The notes beneath the pieces are model-generated. The model was not told the origin of the DNA. It worked only from the letters and a program-made list of their open reading frames with translations, and made no database searches. Of a stretch of DNA of 64,000 bases, positions 39,215 through 51,960 are shown piece after piece; position 1 is the stretch's first letter, and the number at the start of each line of letters is the position of its first letter. Made by a program: the position numbers and the translations under genes. This stretch comes from Candidatus Latescibacterota bacterium (lineage in GTDB: Bacteria > Latescibacterota > UBA2968 > GCA-2709665), in the NCBI GenBank assembly GCA_965219995.1, contig CBDCOX010000002.1:3712001-3776000 (forward strand). Reading direction: 5' to 3'.

Positions 39215-39375
39215 GGTGAGACGGGAGACGGGAGACGGTAGAGAACATCCTTGCCGGATTGGTTATTCCCTTATGCCTTCGGCAGGAAATGAAACCGCAC
39301 GAGGAAGGCAATAAATGCGGCAAGAGGGTAGGCGTTAGACGGTAGATGACATCTTTGCGAGATTGGTTTCTCCTT
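39215..39375 (+). repeat. Heptamer-armed dispersed element, type 1, partial copy D (5-prime half)
   Basis: GGTGAGACGGGAGACGGGAGACGGTAG...CCTTGCCGGATTGGTTATTCCCTT...GGAAATGAAACCGCA...TAGACGGTAGATGA. Confidence 0.8.
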
Positions 39376-39436
39376 CCGATCCGGTCCTGGACGTTCTCCT
39401 CGCCGGTCGCGGCAATGAATTCGAGGCCATCGGCAC

Positions 39437-41131
39437 CTAATAATGCCTGGTCATTAGCTGGATGATGTCGTTGCTGGTAACTGCTCCGAGAAACTCTTCC
39501 GAATCCCTTTCCACGACGGGTATCACGGAAATAGAATTCTCTGACATACGCTGCAGCACGTCTTCGACTTGCTCATCAGGCCAGGCCATTGGGGTCTGGC
39601 GGCGTACCACAGCGTCGAGCCGGGTCGTGCCCCAGGCGTCCTTCGGCAGGTAGCGAAGCATTTCCAGCGACACGATCCCGACCAGCGCTTCCCTGTCTGC
39701 CACGACGTAGTGGGGCTGGTGCGGAACGATCCACTGGTCCGTGAAGTCACGCACGGTGACCGAAGACGTCGGATGCCGATGCGAGCGGTCCAGAATGTCA
39801 TCAATCGTGATGTCTTCCAGTGCAAAGCGGACGATTCCCGACGGAATGTCGTCCAGTTGCTCTGGCAGGTCGGTCCTGCGGCTGGCCCGGCCCACCGCGA
39901 AGTTGATCACCGACGGCATGAACAGGATGTAGCAGAACATGACCAGCACCAGGAATGAAAAAACCACCTCGTCGATGATTCCGGAACCCCACATAACCAG
40001 CAGCAGCGCGATTTCAGCCACTCCCTTACCCATCAGCCCGGTGGCCACGGCGTACGGAACGGCGAGGCGGGACACGTAGGCGCCGATGAAAGCGCCCGTG
40101 AAGTTGCCGAGCAACGGGATCAGCGCCAACCCCGCCATGGCCTCCAACGGCAAGGTTACGAAGGTAAAGCTGAAGCTCAGTCCGGCGGAAGCAAAGAAGA
40201 GAGGAACGAAAAACCCCTCGGCCACGCTGCGAATTCCCGGGATGATCTCCCGATGCACCTGGTAGGGAAGGCTCGACAGCGACGCCCCGAACAGCAAAGC
40301 GCCCAGTGAGCCGTGGAGTCCCACTGCTTCCGCGCCGTACACGATCAGGAAGAGCATGCCGAGCAGCAAACCAAGGGAGAGTTGCGGCACCTGGATCACC
40401 CGCTGCAACAGCGCCACCAGCGGCGGCAGCACCCGCGACGACAGTACCCAGGTTACCACCGAAAAACCGGCTACTTTTCCCAGCAGGATCAGCATGCCGA
40501 CAGGAGAAACCTGGTGGGCGTGTTCGCCGATGCTGAAGCCGATCAGCAGCAGGGCAATCAGCTCGGCGATGATCACCACCGTGAAAATCTGCAGTCCAAC
40601 CGGCTGTTTCAGGTATCCGCCGTCCGTGAGCACTTTGGCCACGATGCCCAGACTGGTCATGGACAGCACGCCGGCCAACGCCAGCGACTCGGTAAAATTC
40701 AGTTTCAGTCCGAAATCGAAAACCAGATCGGTGGTGACCAGCATCGAAATGCTTAGCGATATGATCACGGAGAGAACGGCCGCGAGGAAGTAATGGCCTT
40801 TGAGGGACGCCATGAAGCTGGAAATATCCACTTCGTCCAGGCCGATCAGGAAGAAAAATATGAACACACCCAGCGCCAGAACCAACTGGAGGTGGAGCGA
40901 AGACTCGATCCACCAGACGCCGGTCAGTTCCATGACCGGCCCGAGAATCATACCTGTCGCCGCGTAGGCGATGATGGCGTTCAACCGCAGCCTGCGAAAA
41001 ACGCCCTCGGCCAACTTGGCAACGATGATGAGCATCCCGATATTCAACAGCGATTGGTGCAGTTCATTCGTGTGACCAGCGGATCTGAACAGATCCACGA
41101 TCTCTTGGAGCGAGAAGCCATCCATGGACAT
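39437..41131 (-). CDS. Cation:proton antiporter (CPA2/Kef-type) with a C-terminal CBS pair
   Basis: About 12 TMs, LSMTSLGIVAKVL, FFVPLFFASAG, GKGVAE; CBS motifs LVGIVS and FLGAVTSNDI. Confidence 0.88.
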   Translation of the reverse strand: MSMDGFSLQEIVDLFRSAGHTNELHQSLLNIGMLIIVAKLAEGVFRRLRLNAIIAYAATGMILGPVMELTGVWWIESSLHLQLVLALGVFIFFFLIGLDEVDISSFMASLKGHYFLAAVLSVIISLSISMLVTTDLVFDFGLKLNFTESLALAGVLSMTSLGIVAKVLTDGGYLKQPVGLQIFTVVIIAELIALLLIGFSIGEHAHQVSPVGMLILLGKVAGFSVVTWVLSSRVLPPLVALLQRVIQVPQLSLGLLLGMLFLIVYGAEAVGLHGSLGALLFGASLSSLPYQVHREIIPGIRSVAEGFFVPLFFASAGLSFSFTFVTLPLEAMAGLALIPLLGNFTGAFIGAYVSRLAVPYAVATGLMGKGVAEIALLLVMWGSGIIDEVVFSFLVLVMFCYILFMPSVINFAVGRASRRTDLPEQLDDIPSGIVRFALEDITIDDILDRSHRHPTSSVTVRDFTDQWIVPHQPHYVVADREALVGIVSLEMLRYLPKDAWGTTRLDAVVRRQTPMAWPDEQVEDVLQRMSENSISVIPVVERDSEEFLGAVTSNDIIQLMTRHY

Positions 41132-41165
41132 CTTGAGGTTCTCCGCAGGTACTGTTTGGGGGGTC

Positions 41166-42431
41166 TTATTGCGGGCCCGTCAATTTCTCGACCCCTTGGT
41201 ACTTGCCGTCCGTTCCCATTACGGTCAAGAACACGGCGTCGGATCCCTGGTTATCGTGCGGCCCGTATTTGAGCTGCATGCCGTCGATTTCTATGGCGCC
41301 GGCATCTCGAACCGCGCGGAGAAGGCACTCTCGACTCAGGTCGGGCCCGCAGGCTTCAAGACCGGCGACGGCCAGGCGTCCGGCCAGATAACCTTCCAAC
41401 GAAACGAACCCGGGTTCCGCCTGGGGGTCGTACTCGGAGAGGGCGCTGCGGTATCGAGCCACCACGGGGATGTTTTCATCATCGGGGAGGGGAACGACCT
41501 GCGTGACGTATACACCGGCCCCGTCGGCCCCCAACTCGATCGCGAAAGCGTTACTCCCAACGAAGGAAACCGTCATGAATATCGGGTCCAGGTCCCGCCG
41601 CACCAACTCTATGGTCTTTACCACCGGCTTGTACGAGCCAATCAGGATCACCGCTTCGGGATTGGCCGCGGTGATTTTGAGCGCGGCGCCCTTTACAGCG
41701 CGGGTATTGCGTGGGTAGTGCGAGGCCGCTACCGGCTCCAGGCCCCGGCGCTCCAACGCCAGTCGCGTGCCCTCCAGCCCGTTCAGGCCGAAGGAATCGT
41801 CCTGATAAAGAACGGCAACGCGGGTGATCCCCAAATCCCCGGTAAGCCGCGCCACCATCTCCTCGGTTTCCTGGTAGTACGATGCCCGGACGTTCAGCAC
41901 ATTGTCCAACTCCCGGTCGCGCAGGAACTCGGCCCCCGTGAACGGAGCCAGGAAGGGCACCCCGGCAGACCGGGCCAGCGGTGATGCGGCGCGGGACGTG
42001 GGTGTGCCCACCGCTCCGATCAGCGCGAATACCTTTTCGTTCTCAATCAGGTGTTTCGTGTTGGTAGCGGCAAATTCGGTTTCATAGCCGTCATCCAGCG
42101 CCTTGAGTTTCAGTTCGCGGCCGTGGACGCCTCCTTCCCGATTGGCCTCGTGGAATGCCGCCTCAATTCCAAGGCGCATCGCTTTGCCCAATTCCCGGGC
42201 AGGCCCAGTGAACGCGGCGGACTGACCGAAAAGGACGTGGTCGTCGGAAAAACCCGGGTCGGCGTGGCCTTCTTCCCGCGCCGTCGTGAGGTGCTTCGCC
42301 CGTCCGCCGTCATCCCGCTCGGGGGTATCCTGCCCACCCCCACAGGCCATGCCGGAGGTCGCCAGCAGCAACCCTGCAATCATCGCACGGGGGGGTATCA
42401 CGTGAAAAACCAAACGCTGTGCCAGTTTCAT
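41166..42431 (-). CDS. Periplasmic binding protein type 1 (branched-chain amino acid ABC SBP-like), lipoprotein
   Basis: GQSAAFTGPA, GGVHGR, LDDGYE, VGTPT, NVRASY; ATG 42431 with RBS GAGGAG. Confidence 0.88.
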   Translation of the reverse strand: MKLAQRLVFHVIPPRAMIAGLLLATSGMACGGGQDTPERDDGGRAKHLTTAREEGHADPGFSDDHVLFGQSAAFTGPARELGKAMRLGIEAAFHEANREGGVHGRELKLKALDDGYETEFAATNTKHLIENEKVFALIGAVGTPTSRAASPLARSAGVPFLAPFTGAEFLRDRELDNVLNVRASYYQETEEMVARLTGDLGITRVAVLYQDDSFGLNGLEGTRLALERRGLEPVAASHYPRNTRAVKGAALKITAANPEAVILIGSYKPVVKTIELVRRDLDPIFMTVSFVGSNAFAIELGADGAGVYVTQVVPLPDDENIPVVARYRSALSEYDPQAEPGFVSLEGYLAGRLAVAGLEACGPDLSRECLLRAVRDAGAIEIDGMQLKYGPHDNQGSDAVFLTVMGTDGKYQGVEKLTGPQ

Positions 42432-42712
42432 CGTTGCGTTCTCCTCACTGGCAGATTGTGGGCGTCGCATTCGCGTCTTCGCCTGTGATGACAACGGCTG
42501 CCTGGCGGATAAACCGCCTGTAAGCTAAACAACCAAGGTCTCTCCAATCAAGGACATTCACTGGCTATATACGAAACACTCCTCATACAGCAGGTCGATC
42601 ATGATCCGATTCATTCCGGCGTCGAGAAAGGGTATCGGGCATGGTACGAGATGCTGGAGCAGCTCATCCTGAATCTCGTTCGGGCGTCCCATGGGTCGCC
42701 GGGAAATCCGGT

Positions 42713-43165
42713 CTACAGGCTGGCCTCGATCGAGGTCAGAATCGTCTTCCACCCCCGCTCTGCTCGCTCCGTGTACTCCGCGAAGGTCGCAGGCATCCTG
42801 TGGGTGAGCCTCGCCGAGCAACCGCCCTCGAGGGGGGTGATCTCGATCCTCACAACCGATGACCCCTCCCGCTCGGACAGCTCCCTTGTAAACCAGGTGG
42901 ACTGGATGACCGAGGGGCGCCTCAGGGTCAGGTAGGTGCCCCAATTTTGTGTCTCTTCTCCATCACGCATGTCGCTGAACAGGAATGCGCCGCCGGGACG
43001 AGGATCGACCTCGATTCGAACGATCTCTCCCGAAAGGCCGAACGCGACCAGGGCATGGCTCATCCACCTCCGGACGTCCCGGGGGTTGAGCCATGCATCG
43101 AAGACCTCTTCCACCGGCGCGTGCGGGAACGGATGCTCCACCGTGACTTCGACCGCATCACTCAT
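42713..43165 (-). CDS. SRPBCC/AHSA1-like domain protein
   Basis: APVEEVFDAW, DPRPGG, GTYL, GWKTIL. Confidence 0.88.
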   Translation of the reverse strand: MSDAVEVTVEHPFPHAPVEEVFDAWLNPRDVRRWMSHALVAFGLSGEIVRIEVDPRPGGAFLFSDMRDGEETQNWGTYLTLRRPSVIQSTWFTRELSEREGSSVVRIEITPLEGGCSARLTHRMPATFAEYTERAERGWKTILTSIEASL

Positions 43166-43216
43166 TTCATCACCCTCTCCCTGGTCCTTCCCTCCTGGCG
43201 AAGCGCGGTTTCGAAG

Positions 43217-43285
43217 GCTTGCTTCGACAGGCTTGCTTCGGCAGGCTTGCTTCGACAGGCTTGCTTCGACAGGCTCAGCACAAGC
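43217..43285 (+). repeat. 14-bp tandem repeat (GCTTGCTTCGACAG x4) ending in GCTCAGCACAAGC
   Basis: Four consecutive units at 43217, 43231, 43245 and 43259, one with a single A>G change. Confidence 0.9.
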
Positions 43286-43392
43286 AGCACGATCGGCACA
43301 AGCAGTGCAGACAACTCACCAGACAGGATGAATCGGAGGCGGAATGGTGGGGCATTCGTCGGGACAGGACACTGGTGGGCGAAGCAGCACGG

Positions 43393-43863
43393 CTAACGGG
43401 AGACGTGGGCTTCCGGATTACGATCGGCCACCAGGTTCAGGGCGATTCCATGTTCCAACCATGCCTTGAGCGCGGCGAGGACGAGAGAGAATCCGCCCAT
43501 CGAGTCGAGCGCCATGCCGACAACCTCGTCTTCGGTCCCCTGGAACCCGGTGTTGGTGATCTGAACGAGGGTCGCTTCCGCACCGAGAGAAGTGAACTGC
43601 CACTCGACGGTCGTCGATGGCTCATCCCATTCAATGAGAATTCTGGCAGGCCGCTCGATCGCCTTCACGTGGACATCGGCGGAGGCGCCGTACATCTCCC
43701 ATTCCCATGTGACCTTCGCACCCGGTACCAGCCTGCCGCTGCTCCCGGTGAACCAGAATCGGGTGGTGACTGCGGGATCGACAAACGCGTTGAACACTTC
43801 GTCGCGCGGCCGCCGGACGAGCATCTGTGCCTGGACAGCAGGATTGATCACCCTGGCCTCCAA
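43393..43863 (-). CDS. SRPBCC family protein (YndB-like)
   Basis: EVFNAFVDPAVTTRFWFTGSSGRL, DSMGGFSLVLAALKAWLEHGIALNLV. Confidence 0.9.
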   Translation of the reverse strand: MEARVINPAVQAQMLVRRPRDEVFNAFVDPAVTTRFWFTGSSGRLVPGAKVTWEWEMYGASADVHVKAIERPARILIEWDEPSTTVEWQFTSLGAEATLVQITNTGFQGTEDEVVGMALDSMGGFSLVLAALKAWLEHGIALNLVADRNPEAHVSR

Positions 43864-43886
43864 CGGTTGCCAACCGGGACAGACTG

Positions 43887-44360
43887 CTAACCGGACCCGC
43901 GCAGCGCCTTGAGCACGGCTGCGCCGTGGCCGGCGGCCCGGGCACGTTTCCAGACTTTGGTCAGGACTCCATCCGGGCCGATGATGAACGTAGCCCGCGT
44001 CATTCCCTGAAACCGGCGACCGTAGAGGACTTTCTCACCCCAGGCGCCATAGCGCGCGGCGACGGCGGCATCCGCGTCTACCAGCAGGGGAAACGGCAGC
44101 CGGTGGCGTTCGCGGAAATTCACGTGCGAATCGGCATCGTCTTTCGAAACACCGAGCACGATGGCGCCTTCGGCCTGGATTTCGGCGTGACTGTCCCTGA
44201 AGGAGCAGGCCTGGGTCGTACAACCCGGCGTCTCATCGCGCGGATAAAAGTAGAGGACAACCGTCCGGCCCCGGTATCCGGCCAGCGAATGCATGGTCCC
44301 GTCCTGGTCCGGGAGCGCGAAATCCGGGGCGGGATCACCTGCCTCGAGCGTAATTGCCAT
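43887..44360 (-). CDS. bcp: Thioredoxin-dependent thiol peroxidase BCP/PrxQ
   Basis: GDPAPDF, YFYPRDETPGCTTQAC, RATFII. Confidence 0.92.
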   Translation of the reverse strand: MAITLEAGDPAPDFALPDQDGTMHSLAGYRGRTVVLYFYPRDETPGCTTQACSFRDSHAEIQAEGAIVLGVSKDDADSHVNFRERHRLPFPLLVDADAAVAARYGAWGEKVLYGRRFQGMTRATFIIGPDGVLTKVWKRARAAGHGAAVLKALRGSG

Positions 44361-44466
44361 CGTGGTTCCTCTTTCGACTGTTCATGAAGCGGTCCGCCCG
44401 ACGCCGGTCGACGCGACCCCACATCCGAAATGCCCTGGAAGCGCTCCTTTCGGGACCGCGTAAGGA

Positions 44467-46725
<2,259 letters not shown>

Positions 46726-46792
46726 TCACGCAACGGCGCACTGCCCTGTACCGGTATCCTCGCCTGATTTGCCCATACATCTTGAGTTGATC

Positions 46793-47932
46793 CTACAGTC
46801 CGGCGAACGCCTTCGCGAAGTCCGCGCACAGATCATCGGCGGCCTCGATGCCGCACGCCACACGGACCAGCCCATCGGTTATTCCCAAATCCGCCCGATC
46901 TTCCGGGCTCATGCCGCTGTGCGAGGTGGCGGAAGGACGCGTGATGAGGGTTTCGACGCCGCCGAGACTCGGGGCAGTTACCGGCAGCGACAGCCCGGAC
47001 AGCAACCGCTCGGCAGACGCCACGCCCCCGTGAAGTTCAAAGCTCAACACCCCGCCCGCCCCGGCGAACAGCCGTTGCGCCCGTTCGTATTGCGGGTGGC
47101 TCTCCAGCCCCGGATAGTTCACCCCGGCCACCTGCTCCTGCCCGGTCAAAAAGCGCGCCAGCCGCAGCCCGTTCTCATTGTGTTGGCGCATTCTTAGGGC
47201 CAACGTCTTCAACCCTCGCTGCAGCAGAAAACAGGCGTGCGTATCCAGCGAACCCCCCAGATGATTCAGCTTGTGCCTGATTGCCGCAACTTGTGCGGAC
47301 GAGCCCACAATCGCGCCTGCGACGAGGTCCGAATGGCCATTCAGGTACTTGGTCGCGCTGTGCAGTTCGATATCGAATCCGATTTCCAGCGGGCGGAAGT
47401 TACACGGGGATGCAAAGGTATTGTCGATCAGGGAGACGAGCCCGTATTCCCGGGCGAACTCCACGACCGCCTCCAGATCGGCGACCTCCAATAGCGGGTT
47501 GGTCATGGTCTCCACGTAGATCGCGCGAGTCTCCGGACGGAGCTTGCCCGCCCACGTCTCCGGCGCGTTGCCGGCGATAAAGTCGAAGTTTATCCCCAGG
47601 CGCGGCGCATCCTGCGACACAAAACTGTGCGTGCCCCCGTAGAGGCAGTCCTGGATCAGCAGATGATCACCACTGTCGAGGAAGGTGATCATCGCCGTGG
47701 TGATCGCGGCCATCCCGGAGCCGGTGACGAGGGCATCCTCACCGCCGCAGGCAGCGGCAATCTTGGCGTGCAATGCGCGGTGATTGGGCGTGTTGTTCAG
47801 GCGGAGATAGCGGATGTTGTCGTAGTCCTGCTCGTCTTGCGAGACATAGGTCGAGCTCTGGAAGACCGGCAGCACCACGGCGCCCTCGATGCGCTTCTCG
47901 CCGGCGTGAACGAGACGGGTTTGCATATCCAT
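46793..47932 (-). CDS. PLP-dependent trans-sulfuration enzyme (cystathionine gamma-synthase/lyase, methionine gamma-lyase family)
   Basis: SGMAAI, YGGT, ETMTNP, DNTFASP, SATKYLNGHSD, SLGGVETL. Confidence 0.93.
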   Translation of the reverse strand: MDMQTRLVHAGEKRIEGAVVLPVFQSSTYVSQDEQDYDNIRYLRLNNTPNHRALHAKIAAACGGEDALVTGSGMAAITTAMITFLDSGDHLLIQDCLYGGTHSFVSQDAPRLGINFDFIAGNAPETWAGKLRPETRAIYVETMTNPLLEVADLEAVVEFAREYGLVSLIDNTFASPCNFRPLEIGFDIELHSATKYLNGHSDLVAGAIVGSSAQVAAIRHKLNHLGGSLDTHACFLLQRGLKTLALRMRQHNENGLRLARFLTGQEQVAGVNYPGLESHPQYERAQRLFAGAGGVLSFELHGGVASAERLLSGLSLPVTAPSLGGVETLITRPSATSHSGMSPEDRADLGITDGLVRVACGIEAADDLCADFAKAFAGL

Positions 47933-48003
47933 GCATTTTCCCTCGGGAATTTAAAGCGTGACTTTTGCCTGAAATGGATGCATATATCGTGAATTATAAA
48001 TAA

Positions 48004-48131
48004 ACATGGATGGACAGGATGGACAGGATAAAGTCAACGGCAGAAAAGCGCGAAAAATCGGATAATTTCAATGTTGAGCTGATCAATTTATGAAGCATAA
48101 ACTTACATGGATGGACAGGATGAACAGGATA
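48004..48131 (+). repeat. Two ACATGGAT-(GGACAGGAT)2 repeats
   Basis: Copies at 48004-48031 and 48103-48131, same family as 37281. Confidence 0.7.
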
Positions 48132-48244
48132 GAAACCAAAAGCGAAATCTTCCAAAAATCTGAACCGGTGGACCCGATTCTTCGGCCGGTCCGTCGTCGA
48201 ACCCATCGCACCCTTTAACGCATCAGGCGAAAAAAGGATACCCC

Positions 48245-49660
48245 ATGCACAAAATCAACCCATTGAGAGCAGGCGCGGCGATGGTTGACATCACGCCGCC
48301 GTTGGGGACACATCTGGCCGGAAGCGGGGCCGGCGAACACCGTCCGGCCGAGACCGTTTTGGATCCGCTCTTTGCAAAAGCCATCGTCTTCGAAGCCGCC
48401 GGGCGGCGGGTCTGCATGGTAATCCTGGATCTGACGATCGTCACGCAGGACTACACGGACCGGATTCGCGCTGCTATCGCGGAGCGTACGGGCATCCCTC
48501 CGGAGGCGGTCATGGTCCAGGCGACGCAGACGCACTCCGCGCCGAGCATGGGCTACTTTATGCTGGATCCGGATTTCCGCCTGGAGACCAATGAGCAGAA
48601 CGAGTACCTGCGCGGCGCCGAGCGCACCTACGGCGACCGGGCGGCGGCCGCCGCGGTGGAGGCAGCGGTAGAAGCGGCGGACGGGCTGCAACCCGCGCGC
48701 ATCGGTCTGGGGCGAGGTGTGTTGGGAGACCTGGCGTTCAATCGCCGCGGCATCCGGCGGGACGGAACCATCACCATGCCCGCCCCCCTGGGCACGGAAA
48801 AAAGGCCGTTCGGAAACGTGGACGTCTGTTATCTCGAAGGGCCGACGGACCCGGAAGTCGGCGTGTGCTGCGTCCAGGACCTGGATAAGCGGCCGCTGGC
48901 CTTTCTCCTGCACTACACATGTCACCCGGTCAATGCGTTCAGTCATCGCGACACCTACCGGGCGATATCGGCGGATTGGCCCGGCGCATGGACGCGGGAG
49001 ATGCAGCAGTTGTTCGGCTCGGACACGGTGCCGCTGGTCGTCAACGGCTGCTGCGGCAACATCAACCCCAGGCATCCCTTCGATTCGGACTACCGGCCGG
49101 ACCACCGGCGAATGGGGCGCGAACTGGCCGGGATGACCGAACGAATCGTACAAAGTATCGCGTTTGACAACAAAGCCGCGCTGGCATTCAACGTCGAAAA
49201 AGTCCGGCTGCCGTTCCGCGAGATTCCGGTCGAGCGCCAGCGCCAGGTCGAGGCGATCCTATGCGAGAATCCCGAACCGCCGCGCGGGGCAGGCGGCGAT
49301 GTGGACCCGCGGTGGTTCCGGGCGGCGTCGACCCGAAGCGTCGAACTGTGCCGGCAACGGGACGCCGTGTTCCCCTACGAAATCCAGGCGTTCCGCATCG
49401 GGGACCTGTGCGTTGTCGGCTTACCCGGAGAACCGTTTGTCGAAGGACAACTCGCGCTTAAAACGAACTCGGCGGCGCCGTATCTCTTTCCCGCGCACCT
49501 GACGACGCACTACGTCGGCTACCTTCCGACGCGAAAGGCCTACGCCCGCGGGGGACACGAGGCTAACGAAGACGTCACGTACTGGGCCAAGCTCGCCCCC
49601 GGCTGCCTCGAAACCGCGGTCGAAAGTGCTCGAGCAATATTGGAAGACCTGTACTCGTAA
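48245..49660 (+). CDS. Neutral/alkaline ceramidase-like hydrolase
   Basis: DITPP, DPLFAKA, TQTHSAP, CHP, ISADWPG, GCCGNINP, PGEPF, GYLPT..AY.RGGHE. Confidence 0.82.
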   Translation: MHKINPLRAGAAMVDITPPLGTHLAGSGAGEHRPAETVLDPLFAKAIVFEAAGRRVCMVILDLTIVTQDYTDRIRAAIAERTGIPPEAVMVQATQTHSAPSMGYFMLDPDFRLETNEQNEYLRGAERTYGDRAAAAAVEAAVEAADGLQPARIGLGRGVLGDLAFNRRGIRRDGTITMPAPLGTEKRPFGNVDVCYLEGPTDPEVGVCCVQDLDKRPLAFLLHYTCHPVNAFSHRDTYRAISADWPGAWTREMQQLFGSDTVPLVVNGCCGNINPRHPFDSDYRPDHRRMGRELAGMTERIVQSIAFDNKAALAFNVEKVRLPFREIPVERQRQVEAILCENPEPPRGAGGDVDPRWFRAASTRSVELCRQRDAVFPYEIQAFRIGDLCVVGLPGEPFVEGQLALKTNSAAPYLFPAHLTTHYVGYLPTRKAYARGGHEANEDVTYWAKLAPGCLETAVESARAILEDLYS

Positions 49661-49716
49661 AGGATGTAGCGGAGGCGCCGACGTACACAGTCAACTTTGA
49701 CAGTGGAGTAAAACCC

Positions 49717-50193
49717 ATGCAGAAAATCGTCACCAATCTGTGGTTTGACGGCCGGGTGGAGGAAGCGCTCGAGCTCTATACGTCGTGCTTCCAAGACGCG
49801 CGCGTAACGAACATCACACGCTACACCGAAGAAGGCATGGGCAAGACCGGCGATATCATGACCGCCGAGTTTGAACTGGCCGGGCAGGAGTTCTGCATCA
49901 TCAACGGCGGTCCGATGTACACACATAGCCCGGCGATGTCGCTCCTGGTCAACTGCGTCGATCAGGACGAGGTGGACGCGCTATGGGAACGCTTGACGGC
50001 CGATGGCGGAGAGGAGAGTCAATGTGGCTGGCTCACGGACCGCTTCGGCGTCTCCTGGCAGATCGTGCCGGTCGCGCTGGGGAAGATGCTGGTGAGCGAC
50101 GATGCGGCTGCGGTCGAACGCGTCACAGCGACACTTTTGAAAATGAAAAAGCTTGATATCGCCGCGCTGGAGAAGGCGTTCCGAAATGAGTGA
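49717..50193 (+). CDS. VOC family protein (PhnB-like)
   Basis: MQKIVTNLWFD, INGGP, QDEVDALW, CGWLTDRFGVSWQIVP, MKKLDIA. Confidence 0.92.
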   Translation: MQKIVTNLWFDGRVEEALELYTSCFQDARVTNITRYTEEGMGKTGDIMTAEFELAGQEFCIINGGPMYTHSPAMSLLVNCVDQDEVDALWERLTADGGEESQCGWLTDRFGVSWQIVPVALGKMLVSDDAAAVERVTATLLKMKKLDIAALEKAFRNE

Positions 50194-50252
50194 TTCCGCG
50201 CCGGATCGTTCGCTGTTCACATCGCTGGCGCTGGCTAATATCAATGGCCTAG

Positions 50253-51791
50253 TTAGAAGTGCTGCGCCTGAGCCCTGTTTGCAAGCGCCAGCTCGTAGCA
50301 GGCGGCCTCGCTATCCGTGCGCACCAACAGATAGGGCGCGGCGAGGGACGGAGGATTCCATGTCTTGCCAGCGAAGGCCGTCATGCGCGCCAGTTCGACG
50401 TGGCGGTCGGGGCGGGCCTCGACCAGTACCACGTCGCCCGATTCGCTCATGATCAGCAGGACGTCATCTATCAGGATGAGCTGGCCGTGGCCGTAGCGCC
50501 CGCGCTTCCAGCGGCGTTTGCCGTCTTTCGGGTCGAGGCAGACCAGCACCCCGTCGTCGAGGCCGTAGACAAACCCATCGCGAGAGACCATGTTGGCGAA
50601 TTTGGTCTTGAGCCGCGGGCTTTTCCAGACGATATCGCTCGTCAAGCCGCCGCCGGGCGAAGCGTTCACCTGATACAGCCTGGCGCCAATCCCATAGCCG
50701 GAGGAGACCAGAACCCGGTTTCCGGGCAAGGGCAGGGGGTTGGCAACGCATTCAACCTGATCCCAGGGCTGACGCCAGAGCGGCACGCCGCTGTGCGGAT
50801 CGTGCGCGACGACGCTATGGCTGTTGAAAATCAATATCTGCTCGCGTCCGGCCAGTGTAACCAGACGCGGCGAGCTGAAGCCGGCCCTGTCCGTGCCCCC
50901 GCCCCAGACGAACGCGCCGGTTTGGCGGTGATAGGCCACTAACGAGCGCTCATCCGGGCCTCCGGCACTGACCACGACCAGGGTGTCGAGGACCAACGGC
51001 GAACAGCTGATTCCCCACCAATGGGCCTTAGCCCGATTGTCGGCGAGGATGTCCCTGGACCAGATCAGCGCCCCGCTGGCCAGGTCCAGGCAGTTGAGGA
51101 TGCCGGTCGCGCCCATGGTGAACACCCGGTCTCCAGCGATGGTCGGTGTGGCGCGCGGACCGACGCCGGCTACGGCGCTCTCGTAGCGGGTCGAGTCGGC
51201 GTGTTGCCACAGCTTGCGGCCCGTTGCCAGGTCGTAGCAGACGACCTGCTCCTCCGGGCCGTGTTGCTCCTGAGTTACGGCCCGGCCGCCGACAATGGCA
51301 AAGGAGGACCAGGCGGCGCCGACCGGGCGACGCCAGATTTCGCGCGGCGGGTGTTTGGTCCAGTCGCGCTCGACGTGGACGCCCCGGAGGCGGTTGTCGC
51401 GCTCGGGGCCGAGGAATTGCGGCCAATCGCGGGCGTTGAGGGCGGTGGCGTCCCCTCCTTCCGCGACGGCGGCTTCGTCCTGAGCACTCCAACGCCATTC
51501 GAGGATCGGCACGAAATCACCGCTCATCCCCTTAATGCGAAAACACCCGATGGCAAGTACAATGACCAAGACGATGCCGCCGAAATAGCGCAGGCGCCGT
51601 CCCCAGGCCAGCCGCGACGCAAAGAGCAGCCAGAGCAAACCAAGGAAAATGGCGAGCATAAAGATGCCCATCGTGCGCATCACCTGTTGCTGGCGATGGA
51701 GGGATTCGGGCAACCAGATCAGCAGGAGCGCCAGGACGACGATGCCTCCGAGCAGATAGAGAGGCCATAAGCGAGGGCGAGTCGAGGACAT
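50253..51791 (-). CDS. Membrane-anchored PQQ-like beta-propeller repeat protein
   Basis: Three N-terminal TMs; DWPQFLGPER, GPRATP, repeated LxxxTGxxxW, KTWNPP. Confidence 0.88.
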   Translation of the reverse strand: MSSTRPRLWPLYLLGGIVVLALLLIWLPESLHRQQQVMRTMGIFMLAIFLGLLWLLFASRLAWGRRLRYFGGIVLVIVLAIGCFRIKGMSGDFVPILEWRWSAQDEAAVAEGGDATALNARDWPQFLGPERDNRLRGVHVERDWTKHPPREIWRRPVGAAWSSFAIVGGRAVTQEQHGPEEQVVCYDLATGRKLWQHADSTRYESAVAGVGPRATPTIAGDRVFTMGATGILNCLDLASGALIWSRDILADNRAKAHWWGISCSPLVLDTLVVVSAGGPDERSLVAYHRQTGAFVWGGGTDRAGFSSPRLVTLAGREQILIFNSHSVVAHDPHSGVPLWRQPWDQVECVANPLPLPGNRVLVSSGYGIGARLYQVNASPGGGLTSDIVWKSPRLKTKFANMVSRDGFVYGLDDGVLVCLDPKDGKRRWKRGRYGHGQLILIDDVLLIMSESGDVVLVEARPDRHVELARMTAFAGKTWNPPSLAAPYLLVRTDSEAACYELALANRAQAQHF

Positions 51792-51960
51792 AGGATCTAT
51801 ACACCTCCGGTGAGGGTCTCCAGGTGGACACGATCGCCGCTGCGGGACACTTGTGTACGTTTACCGCGAATTGCATATTGCCGAAATCGGTGCGATATTA
51901 TATCTGGCGTACGCGTTGGGTCATCAAGAGAAAAAGCAGCCATGGCTCATGCCCCGGGGT